64,000 nucleotides of DNA, from NCBI GenBank assembly GCA_973895155.1, contig OZ316895.1:13131186-13195185 (forward strand), written 5' to 3'. Shown here piece after piece: positions 38,752 through 52,100 of this stretch. Below the pieces are notes generated by a model, which made no database searches, was not told where the DNA came from, and saw only the letters and a list, made by a program, of their open reading frames with translations. A program made the position numbers and the translations under genes. Position 1 is the stretch's first letter, and each line of letters begins with the position of its first letter. The stretch is from Marsupella aquatica. Its lineage: Eukaryota; Plantae; Marchantiophyta.

Positions 38752-41700
38752 AGGGGGACCCAAATGATTCAAGACCTGTTAGCTTAAAAATGCCAAAACA
38801 TACAAACCCCGTGTAAAGCAAGAATTAAAATCATGATGCCTCGCACTAAACTAGTTTTTGCGCTTATCGAAAGTGGGCCATTAAAAAGCAAGATCATGAT
38901 GCCTTGCACCAAACCAGCTTTTGCGCTTATGGAAGAGTGAGCCACTGTACTCCGACCCTGAGGAATTTACTTGAAATGAAAAACAATGAAATTCTGCAAA
39001 CCCGGATAACATCACTTAAAAATGTGTTCCTCCCGCCCTCGGGCAGCTGCGCGGGACAAAAGCAGCTGAACGGATGCGTTCATCCTCCTCCAGTCCTCTA
39101 CGACCAGCCCGAAAAGTTATTCCATTCGATCGTCGAATGGAATGCCGGGCAGCAGGAACGGAGATCATGATTAACCGGGCCCGGTTTCGCTTTTTCACCG
39201 GCGGGCATGAGGCATTGATTTGAATTCGGACGCCCGCGGGCTGCGGGCAGGAGCAGTTGCGTTGAATATAATTGGATCTGGTCTCCGGAAGAAGCGCGGG
39301 CGGGGACTCTAACTAATGATCTTTATACACGTGGGATGGTTCAGATGACGTCAGGGTCGTCGCCATGAATCCGCCTCGCCAGGCCCCCCACGTGAAGGAT
39401 GCGGCTCGCCATTCGCCATTTGCCACTCCTGGCCTCCTGGGCCCTGGCCCTGGCCCCGCCCTGCCTCTCCCTGACCCTGCACGCCCGGCTAACCGTACCT
39501 CTGCTGGTGTACCTTCTTATTTTACGTTTACTCGTCCAATAAGTTGCTTGGACCTGCACCAAATATTAATTAGTTTTCTTTCCAAAAGACATTGCTCACT
39601 TTTCAGGAAAGTTTAGCACCGAGGGACCGAGTGATTTGTTTTGCCCATTTCTATGGATTGTCACGCACATTGATTCACTTTACACCACAACACATATTGT
39701 GGGGCTGTCTCACTTTTGAGAAGTGCTTCTCAAATAGTTTTTCCCAGTGTCTCAATCAACTAATTCTCAACAAATTTGTGCATTTATTGAACAACTTTTG
39801 TATCTCTGTGGCAACTCAAAATATGACAACATGTTCTCTTATGTATAATCTATTACCTGACAAAGTTTCAATTTTTTGGGAAACTATTTGGTTCATTGCC
39901 TTTGAGTGCAAAGATGATCAAAATATTATAAACTAATTGTGAATGGACTCTTCACTTTTGTGAAGAATACCCTCAATACTTGGCCACTAGCACCAACTTA
40001 TCATTTTGGGAAAGAAAACTTCACTTTCCACTTTTCAGTGAAGACACCAAACATTATTTACTTTCCTCTCCAAAACAACATGGCTCGCTTTTTAAGTGTA
40101 GACATGACAATCATGAAGAAAATGCTCAGAATTACCAATCCATGAACCTTGCAATCCGAAGTAATGGACCAAGTTATTGCTAACCAGAACAACGTGGGGT
40201 TTTTATAGAGAGAAGTACTATCTGAGTACAGGAAAGCTCTTTTTGACTTGTATTTGGGTTGTCTTGGTCCATCCCAGTGTTTTTCCTAACATGGAGGTAT
40301 GCAGGACTTGGTATACTAATTTAAAATTAATACATACACAATTTTAATAAGAACTTTGGTTGTACGGAAATTGGGATGGAACATAATTAGTGATCACTAC
40401 TCTCGTTCTTTGTTATCTTTTATATTTTTAGTGCTTTAACTGGTGTTACTTAGGGGATTACTAACTCCACCAGGTTATCATCCTAAACATTTTGCTTGAA
40501 TAGGATTCTAAGGGATCATCAGCTCAGATAGGTTCATGTCTCAAGGGTTTTGATAGAGTTTCTAAGCTCACAAGACATCAACAAAATTGCATATTTGGAC
40601 TACAATGACATAGATTTGGAGTAAAAATGGGTACTTTAGTATGACGAGTGTGTGTACAATGTATACTTTAATGCTTACGAGGAAGCTGATACTACGTAAA
40701 CCACCACTATTCTCCAAGAAAAACCTGGTCTATCCAGGTTATCATAATTAGTCAGTCATTTTCTTAACATAGTTGAAACGAAATACACTACTTTGTCCTG
40801 CCACAAGTTCAAGCACAGTGGCAGTTTAATACCAAAAGTCAACAAATTGGATTCCTGAACTCTATGGAAAGAGACAATCATCCAAATTTCATCATTCTCG
40901 TAGCATGCCTGGGTAATCCAAGGACATTATCTGAAGGTTAGCACAAGCAATAACATACGTCAACAATTTATTTGTTACTTTCATCTGACTGGTTTGTATG
41001 AGGGGCATCAAAAAACAATTGGGAAACCAGTTTTTGTTCAAATTATTCTTAAAAGTAGGTCCTTAAGCTAGGTAATGGCATAAAAAAATTCAATCCAGAT
41101 GGACTTGAGACAATAAAAACGATGTCTAAAGCCTTTTAATGCATCTTAGTATGCTTATGTACCCAGTAGCACAGAACAGCATTATGAAAACTCAAAAAGA
41201 ATAATTGACTAACTTTAAGTACTGTTGATTTAAAGTACACACCAACACACAAATCATCAATGTGTGTTCTCATCCATTGATAAAAGAAGTCTGACTACAT
41301 GCACAATTTGTTAGTAACCATTGTGCACTCTCATTCACCATTCAACTTAGTTATTTCTATTGTTTGTTATCTTACATTTACTTTTGGTTTCTGGATTTTC
41401 AACCTCGGGGGGTCACTTGCATAGAAGTGGCATATCACTTGCCACAAAACATAGGGTTGTTTAATTGAAAAATGCACACATGTCATCACATGATTGGTGT
41501 CGTACAATTTTATATACTTAAGGTGACATAAGGGGGTCATAAATGACCCAAACCTTCGCACGTTATGTATGGTCCTCCATATAGTGACCCCCCAAGTTTT
41601 TTACTGGTCCAAGGTCTAACTATTTGTTGGCCTCGAGTCAAACATGAACAATTTTGTCTCTTTGTTGGTGAACACATAGATAGTCCTGTATGATGGAAAT

Positions 41701-42725
41701 TGATGATGTGGCTGCACGTGGTGCAGCAGAATTTGCAAGGCACTTCCCATTAAAGCGTGCAAAGAGGATTGTGGGATCCCATCCATGTTCATATGTTTGG
41801 ATGGAGATCCAATCTAGCCTACCTTTCTTCTTACTTAGGTGGTAGGAATTTGGAGAAGTAATGCAAAGTTATCCAAATGTAGGAAGTTGATGATTATACT
41901 TTCACAAGATTTCACCTCAGGATTTCCCTTGAGCTAATCCTTTCAAACATTTAAATGAGTTTAAGGAGCTTGAGTTTCCCAAACCAAAGCACTGTACATT
42001 AATTTACATGTTAATTAAACCAGTCAATCTCTCATTTCCAAAACCTTGGATGAGATCAAGCTTTTGAACTTGGATGGGATTCAAGATGTTTTGTGTATGG
42101 CAATCAAGCTTTCTTTTTACTCTAGTTATCCTAGAACTACAAATTAAATACTATTAGGCATGCCCATTACATAGTTTTTGTCTTAGTTGACCTCACCAAA
42201 TGACTCTTTCTCTTGCCAAGTTGAAAATTTTCCACTTGGCTGATCGACATTATTGAGTCACTTTTTCACTCAGTGGCCTTTTCAACTCACTCCAGGGAAA
42301 TTCTTCATTTTGCTAACCTTTGTTGAGTCGCCAGCCCTGCTGAGTCATCTAAGCAGCCATCCTCATTGAGTAGGAATGTTACATAGACAAACAATTGATG
42401 CAAGCAACTGTTGCCTAATAGTGACAGGTAGCTAATAACTGATGGGGTTGCAACATCCTTCCTACTATATTCAACGTTTCACTTTGGTATTAGGGTGAAC
42501 TGTAGTCTTGGGTTAGATTCTTGAATTGATACTTAGGATAAACCGTCATTATGGCGTTAATAGCGATATATTAGCTATGACTCTTGCATCTAGCATATAG
42601 ATGGGCCAGGGAGAGCTCCTCGTGGAGACTCATGCTCATTGTTGAGGGAGCTCGCTAGGTGCTAGGAGGAGAGCTTTGCAAAGAGAGTTTGTGTGGCCAT
42701 GCATGGTGGCCAAAGCTTAGTAAAG

Positions 42726-43898
42726 CTCTTGTGTGTTCCTGTGGACGTAGTCTTGACAAAGGTGAACCACATATTTGTTAGGTATTTACTCTTACGTCTA
42801 GGGTTACAACATGTAACCATAGTTAGGCTAACCTTAGTTGGATCAAAAAATGTCAATGTGAATGAAATTCATATTTCAGAGTCAACTTGAAGCGGTGTCA
42901 ACTTTTTGAGCCAAAGATTGCGTGTTGCAGAGGTGTGGTGGCAAAGCAATTAAGGAATTGAGTTGCAACGTAACGGTTAAATGTGTGATGGTGACGGGAT
43001 TGTGACATCTCTTCATCAAGATTTTTCTCCTTGATGTAGTTTTTTCACCTCAACATCATTTTCTGTCTTTCTCATCAACAACTTTTTTTTCTGTTTGACA
43101 TATTTTTCACCTTGACATCTTTTACTACGGGATTCTGACATCTCTTCATCGAGAAAGGGAGTTTGGCATTTTCTGATGTTGCATTTCTTGAGTTGGTGAC
43201 GGTTCTTTTGGTGTATGCAAGTCATCGTGCCAAGAAACAATGTAAAACAGTGCCAATAAATGACATTTAGGGGCCCTATAGTGCGCTTAATTTTATTGAG
43301 AGCGTCTGGCCCCAGATATGACATTTGCATGTGACCCGCCCTTGCTTGTACACCCCCAATCAGTCATAGCTTTTGGATTGTAGTCAATCTGACAGCCCAC
43401 ACCATGCCTTGCCATGCAACACGCCCTCCTCAGAAAATCACAGCTGTTGATCCTCAGTGATCGGACGGCTACAGCACCACCATGCCGCTCCCGTTCGTGC
43501 ACCCCCTCAATTGATCACAGCCATTGATTTCTGACAATCAAACGGCCTAGATTAGGCGCCCAAAGGTCACCCATCCCACCTTATTTGCGATTATTGCCCA
43601 ATTGCAGCCGTCTGATCATCGTGATTGATTGGCTCACCCCCGCCCGCACAACGCGTTAAATATCATAGGTGACCCGGCCTGCGATCGGCAGCATCTCCCC
43701 AGCCCCGTCCCCAGCACTGTCCGATTGGACCCATCCAACTGCCAGCATCACCCGTCAACCCACCACCCCCACTTTGGATATAGAGTTCAACATGACTAAC
43801 CTAACCAAGTGTGTGCCAACTAAGGTTAGCCCTAAACTATGGTTAAATCATAACCCTAGACCTACGAGTAAATGTCTAACATTGGGAACACAAAAGAA
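42726..43898. mobile_element. Non-autonomous foldback/TIR DNA element (~1.1 kb)
   Basis: 42776-42841 (tgttaggtatttactcttacgtctagggtt...ccatagttaggctaaccttagttgg) is an imperfect inverted copy of 43816-43881 (ccaactaaggttagccctaaactatgg...accctagacctacgagtaaatgtctaaca). Weaker pairing extends to tgtgttcc/ggaacaca. Confidence 0.65.
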
Positions 43899-44603
43899 GG
43901 TCATCCTGAATGTGTTTTGCCCCTTCCAATAGAACAATAGCATATCAAAAGATTAACTAGACAGGCTACATGAAAGGTTTTTGCAGTACTAGGTCTAATT
44001 GCACTCCATCAAAGTTTTATGCATCTTGGTAATTTTCATGGCTTCTGGTAGATGTTGGCTGTCAACTTACTCCACCACTTGCTTTCATGTGCTGGTACTA
44101 TCCTACAAGCTTAAGCGGATCCCTTGCTACATAACTTTGATACTCTGACTTAATGGTGACTGTTTTTGGAAGATTTATATGCTTACAAATTTGCATGGAA
44201 GGATAAATATTCACACTTCGTGGAAGGAACCGATCGGACTTGGTCATCCAGAAAATTTGATACCTGATTTGAGAATCCAGTTATGCACATTTTGGGACTC
44301 AATAGTGTGAAAGAAACAAAGACTTGTAGAACAGAGTATGTTGGCATCAAAAGAGAGTGGCATATCTGGTTATCCATATAATGATTTCAATGAGTCTTGT
44401 CCATCATTCATGTGGTTAGGCATGATTGTGATTTCTTCTGGTATGATAAAATAGACATTATACTTCATACCCTTATTTCTACCCATGGATGACAGAATGG
44501 GAATCACAAAACTCATGGGAAATGGCGAACGCAAAATCATCAATTATCAGATCTCAACCTAGTCGCCCACAATTCTTGTGAATCTCAGCTGAGGAGATAG
44601 GTA

Positions 44604-45518
44604 ATCTCATCAGTTATCAGTCACTTTCATCAGTGTACCTGATATCAGTTGCCACCTCATCTTAGAGAGGCCGCCAAGTTGCGATGCGAAAAAGAAAAAA
44701 TGAAGATAAAGAATTCTTCAAAATTTGAAGGAAAACTTTTTTTTCCAAATTTTTTTTTGCCATGTGGCGCCCGTACCGTATGGACACCTATCTCGGCGAG
44801 CCCAGCCGAGATGGGAAAAAAATTTCGGAATTTTTTTTTTCACATTTTTTTTGGGGAAAAATTTTCATTTTTTTCCCCATTTTTTTTTGTCCGTACGCCC
44901 CATCTCGGCCAGGCCAGCTGAGATGGGGAAAAATTTTCCGATTTTTTTGAATTTTTTTTGGTCCGTATGCCCATCTCTGCGAGGTCAGCCGAGATTGAGT
45001 CAACCTAGGCTGCCCAACTGAGATGCGCAGAAGTTCAAAGGCCCCATCTCAACTCCTCAGTTGAGATTCTGAAATTTTTGAGATCACTGATAACTGATGA
45101 TGTTGTGTACCTCTCAGCTGAGTAGCTAAGATGGGGCCTTTGCATCTCCATGCATCTCAGCTAGGCATCTGAGATTGCCCATCTTGGCTGACCTCACCGA
45201 GAAAAGTGTACGGACAAAAAATGCAAAGAATTGTTTTTTTAAAGGGAAAACAATTTGGGGGAAAAACATTTTTGGGGCAAAATCCTGCACTTGTACCATA
45301 CAGGTACAACCATCCTCAGCTGACCTTGCCAGGATGGTGTGTCCGTACCATACAGATGTATGGACCCCCCAATAGTGAAAAACAAAATCTCATCAAATTT
45401 TGATGAAAAAAATATACTTTCTGCATTTTTCTGTAGGAACTGGGCTGCCATTCTTAGATGGCATGGCAACTTATATATATCAGGTTCATTGATGGACTTG
45501 ACTGATAACTGATGAGAT
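44604..45518. mobile_element. Non-autonomous DNA transposon/MITE with long TIRs and TA flanks
   Basis: ta|atctcatcagttatcagtca at the left end and tgactgataactgatgagat|ta at the right end. Imperfect pairing continues ~70 bp inward (cctgatat..gttgcca / tggcaac..atatcagg). Confidence 0.82.
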
Positions 45519-47815
45519 TAACTTGCTCTTGGCAAAAGAGCTACAAATTTATTAAAAGTGGCTTCCTAGCTTTCAATATATTGTTGTTGGGTCTAGTTGA
45601 TTGGCAATATTCTTAAGAAATTGTTTTCTTATCTTATATAATGAGGGGGTAGATTGAGACATACAATACCGGTTGAGAAATACAAGATGATTGAGACATA
45701 CAACTGCCCAGATTGGTCTGCACCATCCAACTTGTATAATTCTATCATCTCAAAAGTTAAGTAACTCGATCAGCATTCAACCCTGGTTAGAATTAAATTA
45801 TTGTACATGTTGTGCAAAAAAATACTAGTTTGAAATAGCAATGAATAACAAATCACAGTATTTGCAAGAGAAAACAACCCTGAGGGTCTCACTATTTGAA
45901 TGCACCCCCTAATCACCTCCCATGCTTTGGACAATTTGTAGATACCCTTATCAACTTCAAGATAAGTGGGACAAAACTAACAACATCATGACATATGACA
46001 TTGTTGAATTTTGGGCCCTTACTTCGTTATACACTCTTTGTAATTCTGCATCAAATTGAATTTAAAGGCTCTCTTAACCATCGCACAAATTATGAGAAGT
46101 TCTAAATGTGAGGCTCCAACAAATGGACCCACCCTTGGGTAATGTTAGCTAAGGAATCATGCTTGGCTAATGTTAGCGATAGACACATGCTTGACAACCC
46201 ACCTGAACTAATTCTAGTAGCCAACCCATGCTCGGCTAATTTAGCAGCAGGTCCAAGGTCACTTTAGAATCTGACCCATGCTTGGTAAGTGTGAGATCAT
46301 AACCCCCATATGCTCTACTCCTACCAAAAGTGAGATTCCGTTGAACAAGAGACAAACTTCACAGTTTTAATTTTGGCTTGAATGATTGAAGGAAAGGTTT
46401 TACAAATTAAAACTGGAAAAATGCATAGCAACCGGACTCGGAAATCATCCCATAAGGTGTATGATGTTCTTCCATAGTTGTACTCCAGCCTTCTTGAATG
46501 TTTGTTATCACCAACATATTATATCAATATATGTTATCCAGGCAAAGACATCATTCTTGAGACACCTTTACACTTCTTCAGGCAATTGTATTGGTGTTCA
46601 ATAGAGTGGCTTGTAGTAAGGCAGCTTACAAGAATGATCAGACAAACATTGCATATTTTCCCCAGTTAGATTACATCTGGACTGTGTATTCCCAATGACC
46701 AGTCTGTTATGAATTTAGAAGAGGAGTGTCAATGTATACTTTGAGCAACCACCAATCCTATATGGCACTCACTGTCTGGGCCAAGGGGAAAACTTAGGCT
46801 TAATCTATTATATGGGCCAAACTTTAGCCCACCTGACGAGGTGGTGTGTGGGTTTGACCTTTTCTGCTTGCACTGAATGCCTTCCCAACAGTCAAGCCTA
46901 ATGATTATGTTAGGCATTTACTCAGGTCTAGAGTGAGTATGTATCTGCAGTTAGTCAAAGCAAACTCAGATGCTTGGTTAAGGTTATCTGATGTGCTACA
47001 GTTACCATATTCACTAGCAAGACTTAGTTAGTGAGTGGAACTTAGGTTATTACGGAGCCACTTAGGAAATAGAAAGTCAGAGCTTAGTCTGTGGAGACTC
47101 GGTGTGGTCAAGGGGCTTATAGTTCAGTCTAGCTCTCTTGTCTGTTCCTGTATGTGTGTGTACCCTTTGATGAGAAAACCACATATGTCCTATGTTGACT
47201 ACTTGTGCATTTGTTGGATGTTGCACATTGCATGTTGTCTTATGAGTAGGGGTCATTACTCTCAATGAACATATTCCCCTCTTCATCCTAGCATGAAACA
47301 TGTAGTTCCTTTCTTTGTCATGTGATGGGTTTGAGGTTTTGGTGACCAAATGACATGGGTTAATGCTTGGATATGGCCTCACTTGGCATTTACATAGCTG
47401 TATGGTGCCCAATGGCTGTGGATGCGAGCATGAGACCTCAATCAGGAGACCTATAACAGGGCTTACAAAAGACAGCATGGGTCACATTGAAGGAGGATGA
47501 GAAGGTTAAGACTGGGTCCTTTCATGTTTGGTCTTATTTGATATGGGGTTTCCTCACCTAGACTTGCACATACCATAAAACAGGAAATTTGTCTACATGA
47601 CTAGATATGCAAAATCATAAAAGAGACTGAGATAGTAAGCCATAAGTTTGGATGAGATCTCTATCTAAATTTTTACACTCAGATATGATCCCAAAATGCT
47701 ACTTGCATGAAATTGAAGCTATTTACTCATCTAGGTTACAATAAATATTTTGATAGATCTTATCCAATTTAAGAAATATTATTCAAGCCCAAAGTTTGAC
47801 TCACTCCCAAGATAA

Positions 47816-49618
47816 TCCTAAACTATAATACAAGGTTGCGCCACTTTTTAGAGTGGTCGTCATTCAAATTTGCAGGGCATAAAAATTAAAAAAATGTGAT
47901 CAAAAGTAAATAATAAAATCAAAGTGTGAATTGAGTTTAGTGTGACACAAAAAGTTACACCATTGTCCAAGACAAGCCAGATAATCACACGAGACACCCC
48001 AAAAAAGTGAAAGACTTTAATTAATGCACGAGAATCAACGCACGAGGATCAAGGAGGATACTCCCTCCAGGTCTCCATGATCCGTATTGTACATACTTAA
48101 AGTATTCTACATATTCAATATTATATGTAACATAGTTTTGTATAATAGTGTTAAGAGGAATTTAATTGCTAATAACATTTTAGTCACTTGATCAATAAAA
48201 AATTGTTTCTCCCAATATTTGTGGTGATTTTTAGAGTCATTTGCACTATCATTTTCAATGCCGAAAAACAAAAGTAATTAAACCCAAAGACATAGTGAAA
48301 CTCATGACACGGGCGTTGATGGCAAGGTGTCGGGCGAGGGGCACACTGGCAATGTAGGGCAGCCCCTTGAAGGGCTCCAGTCGCGCACGGGTGGGGAGGG
48401 AGGGGGCGGCGAGCGAGTGGAGTGATGGTGAAATGGAGAAAAGGGGGAGGTTAAGGTTTAAAAGGAACATAAGAGGAAAAAGGTTTAAAAGGGGGAAAAA
48501 ACACCTCTCATTTTGTTATACTTTTGTGGTTGTCATAGCCAGTGGTTTGTGCAATGACATCTTTTATTCAAAGAATTTTTTTGTGCAAGGAGAAAAAGGA
48601 AAAAGGGAACTTTTGTGGGTGCCGTAGCCAGTATTTTGCACAATGATATCTTTCACTCAACAAAAAGTTTTGTGCAATTTTTTATTCGATATCTTTTGCA
48701 CCATGAGCTATTTCTCAACAACATCTTTAACCAAACAACATCTTTTATGCAACGCATGGGGATTGAAAAGATAGCGATAGAATGGTCATCTTTGCTAAAC
48801 CTAAAACCTAAAACCTAAAACCGATAATATAACATTGCGCCAATGTATAGAGTGGTCGCCATTCAAATGCAAGGGCATTTTGGGTAAAAAACAAACAAAG
48901 AAAAAAACTTGCTCCTTCTCTCATTGAATTTTTACTTCATAACATCTTTCACATAATAACAACTTGGATGAAACGACATCTTTTTTTCTTTATAACATCT
49001 TTTACTTCACAATATCTTTGGCAAAATGACACATTTTTCTTATCAACATCTTTCACATAATGGCATCTTTGGCAAAATGACTTCTTTGGCAAAATGACTT
49101 GAAGGACATCTTTTGTGCAATGCACGGGTATTTTCCCTCAATGATGTCTTGGCCGACACGACATCTTTTCCCTCAATGTCTTTGCCGACATCTTGGCCGA
49201 CATGACATCTTTTTTCTCAACGACTTCTTGGCCAAGATGACATATTTTTTCTCAGCGACCTCTTGGCCGACATGACATATTTTTTTCTCAATGACTTCTT
49301 TTCTCTCAACGACCTCTTGGCCATCTTTTTTTCTCAACGACTTCATTTCTCTCAACGACCTCTTGGCCGACACAACATCTTTTCTCTCCACGACCTCTTG
49401 GCCGACACTACATCTTTTCTCTCCACGACCTCTTGGCCAACACAACATCTTTTCTCTCCACGACCTCCTGGCCAACACTACATCTTTTCTCTCCACGACC
49501 TCTTGGCCGACACGACATCTTTTCTCTCAATGACCTCTTGGCCGACACGACATTTTTTTTCTCAACGACATCTTGGCCGACATGTCTTCTTTTGTGCAAC
49601 GCACGGGTATTGAGCTAG
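47816..49618 (+). mobile_element. Composite non-autonomous Helitron
   Basis: 5' end a|TCctaaactataata. 3' end gtgcaacgcacgggtattgagCTAG|t, i.e. a hairpin ~10 nt before CTAG, inserted between A and T. Internal second 5'-like segment at ~48815-48880 and degenerate 3' hairpins at ~48745 and ~49113. Confidence 0.72.
49135..49590. repeat. 35-bp minisatellite inside the Helitron
   Basis: Unit cgacctcttggccgacacgacatcttttctctcca starts at 49356, 49391, 49426, 49461, 49496 and onward. About 12 more or less degenerate copies. Confidence 0.92.
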
Positions 49619-52022
49619 TAAATAATAATAATACACTAGTCCAAATACCGGTGCTTGTAAACAGGAAGGCCGTCCTTACCCAGACTCCCCTATGCCCGTC
49701 CCTCCTCACAAGCACAGTCCAAATATGAAGAAAAAATGTGTACCATCGAAATCAGGGCCTATGAGTTCACTCTACTCTACAAAATAGTTCATGAACAATA
49801 GACTTTGATGATGAATTTCTAGCATAGTGCCCCATGTCAATATTTGGTGAGAACAAAAAGAAGCTCATTACATTTCACACCCCCAAGATGGTACAGTTTT
49901 GGCCCTCGCTCACTACAGTAGAGTCAGAGCCTAGACATTTTACTTTAGACCATAGCCCATATTCATTCTAGCTTTTCTTATAGATTACATAGTTCAACAG
50001 TGTAGATTAATATTAATCAATTTATGAACAAGAGAATCCTAAAAGCCGTGGGATGTATCCCAAGTTCATAGCATAATACCGTATGGCATGAGTAAGCACA
50101 AAGCTTGCCGCCTCCCTAGTCTACAACCCCAAGAATCTAGATCTCTCTAGTTTCTCTCCAAAAGCCAAACAATCTAGAGAAAATAAGGAGAATCTGATAT
50201 TGTAAGTAGGGTGTCTTGCTCTAATCATTTTAACCTTGGGCCTTGATCTCACATGCTTTGGGTTTCTGAAAAATCAACTTGATAATGCTGATGTCATCCA
50301 CCTCACTTTCCAAAATTGGAAAATTTGTCATATGACGAAACACCTGAAATGCATGGGAAACAAGTGTAGAAAATGGAATGTAATATAGATTTCGTCGTAA
50401 AGCAACATGAAAAATATGTTTCAATAAGCACTTTTTATAAGAAGTGAACATTGCCTTGAAACGTGGAATTCGATCTTGATTTACATGGAAGGGATGAGGT
50501 GCGAATGATGCAAATGCCAACTAGGAAGAGTTATCCTTTGGATTGTGAGTCACAACCAAGATACCTATTGAAAATCTGGGTCCCACAATCAGTTCCAACT
50601 TTGCACACCCAGATAGATTTTGGTCAAATCTCCACTCTCACCATCGACAAGTCCTGAGCACTGAGTCCTGAGCTTGTCTCATAGCAGAAACCATTCCAAC
50701 CCTGTTACATAAGAGACACATGTCTAAGGCCCACATGGCCATTGCTTTCAAGGCATCACTAAAAAAGTGATTAAAGGCCCCCACACAACCTCGTCCCCAA
50801 GTGAGGAATGACCAGCTGGAACATGGAACAACAAAGAGTCCAAACTTAGAGATACCTTGAATTGTTCTTGAGAATAGCGTTTCCACTCCTTATTTCCCTG
50901 GCCTAGCTGTGGTGTACTTTTACAAACAAAACTCTGGGAGGAGAGAGCGGGCCGTCCAAGAAATGGGAAAGCAAGGGCACGAACAATGAGAACCCTGAAT
51001 CATCTACTTGGGCCGTCAGACCTGAGAGGGGTCTTGCCTAAGAGTATTTCCACTTTTCACCCACTAAACCGCCAAATAAGCCAGATGGAGAAAAACATTG
51101 GTGATTACCTCCCCATTGGTAGCCCGTGTTTCAAAAGATTTAGAAGTCAACTTCCAAATCCAAACTGTTAATCTCTAGTTTTACTATGAAAGGTGCTTGG
51201 CAATGCAGCTGCCATTCAGACCTCCATTGTCAATGGCAGAAGAAATGCACTGTACACTAACTTGTACAGTTCACTTAAAGGTACAATGCACAATATGAAG
51301 AATGGTGGTAAGTTTGGGGGCTTTTATGGTGGGGATGTAGACTGTCAATGCACCATAGCTATCTCAATGCCTGATAAGAGGCCTCTACTTTTATTGTTTA
51401 AGGAGCATTGGTCAAAGAAACTGATGGAGGTGCTCATCAGAGCAAAGCCGGACACCAGCAATGTCACAACAAGCTGCAACACTGCTCCCTTTCTTTGTTG
51501 TTTGTTATATTCTATCGTTTTGTGGGTGGTGGTGGTGGGGAACTGGTGAGGCGAGAATGCTAAAGCAGCAAAATTAATATCACGGAACATTAAAAGCAGC
51601 TCGTGCAGTCAAACCCCACTAAAAAGCCGTCCTGGTTTCCTTCTTGGGAGTTTCAAGATTGATGGATTTCTCAAATCAGCAAGTGGTTTCTCAGAAAGGG
51701 CACCAAGGGACCCACTAAATGAGTCCTACCTCACCTTTCTCCCCGTGAGTATGGACACCGAATCTTCCACCCCTGCACATAAGAGAGGTATGGACTTTTG
51801 CTTTTCTTAAATCTCCAGTAAGTGTGGCTTTTCAACACGTGGGGGCACTTGTGACTTTTTTCACCAAAGCAAATGGAGAGTGCCACTTCTTTCTCTAAAC
51901 ATAGATTCAGGACCAAATTCAATAAATGCAAAGCCCTTAAATGAAGGAGCCAAAGTATGATAATGTTTGGACTACCTCTACCTCTGGATGTGGTATAAAA
52001 GTCTAGTCAAAGTAAGCACTCC

Positions 52023-52100
52023 ACATTAGCTTTTTACCTTGGTCCATGTAGGATCGATAGACATTAGCTTTTTACTTTGGCTCATGTAGGATCAGTAGAC
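52023..52100. repeat. ~38-bp tandem duplication
   Basis: acattagctttttac.ttgg..catgtaggatc..tagac occurs twice. Confidence 0.85.

Noticed and set aside
44649-45469. Phe/Lys-rich ORFs
   Set aside because: Translation of A/T tracts inside a non-autonomous TIR element.
45086-45520. ctgatga motifs as hammerhead or C/D snoRNA boxes
   Set aside because: They are part of the transposon TIR, with no downstream GAAA core or snoRNA terminal stem.
49173-49715. Multiple repetitive ORFs on both strands
   Set aside because: Artefacts of the 35-bp minisatellite.
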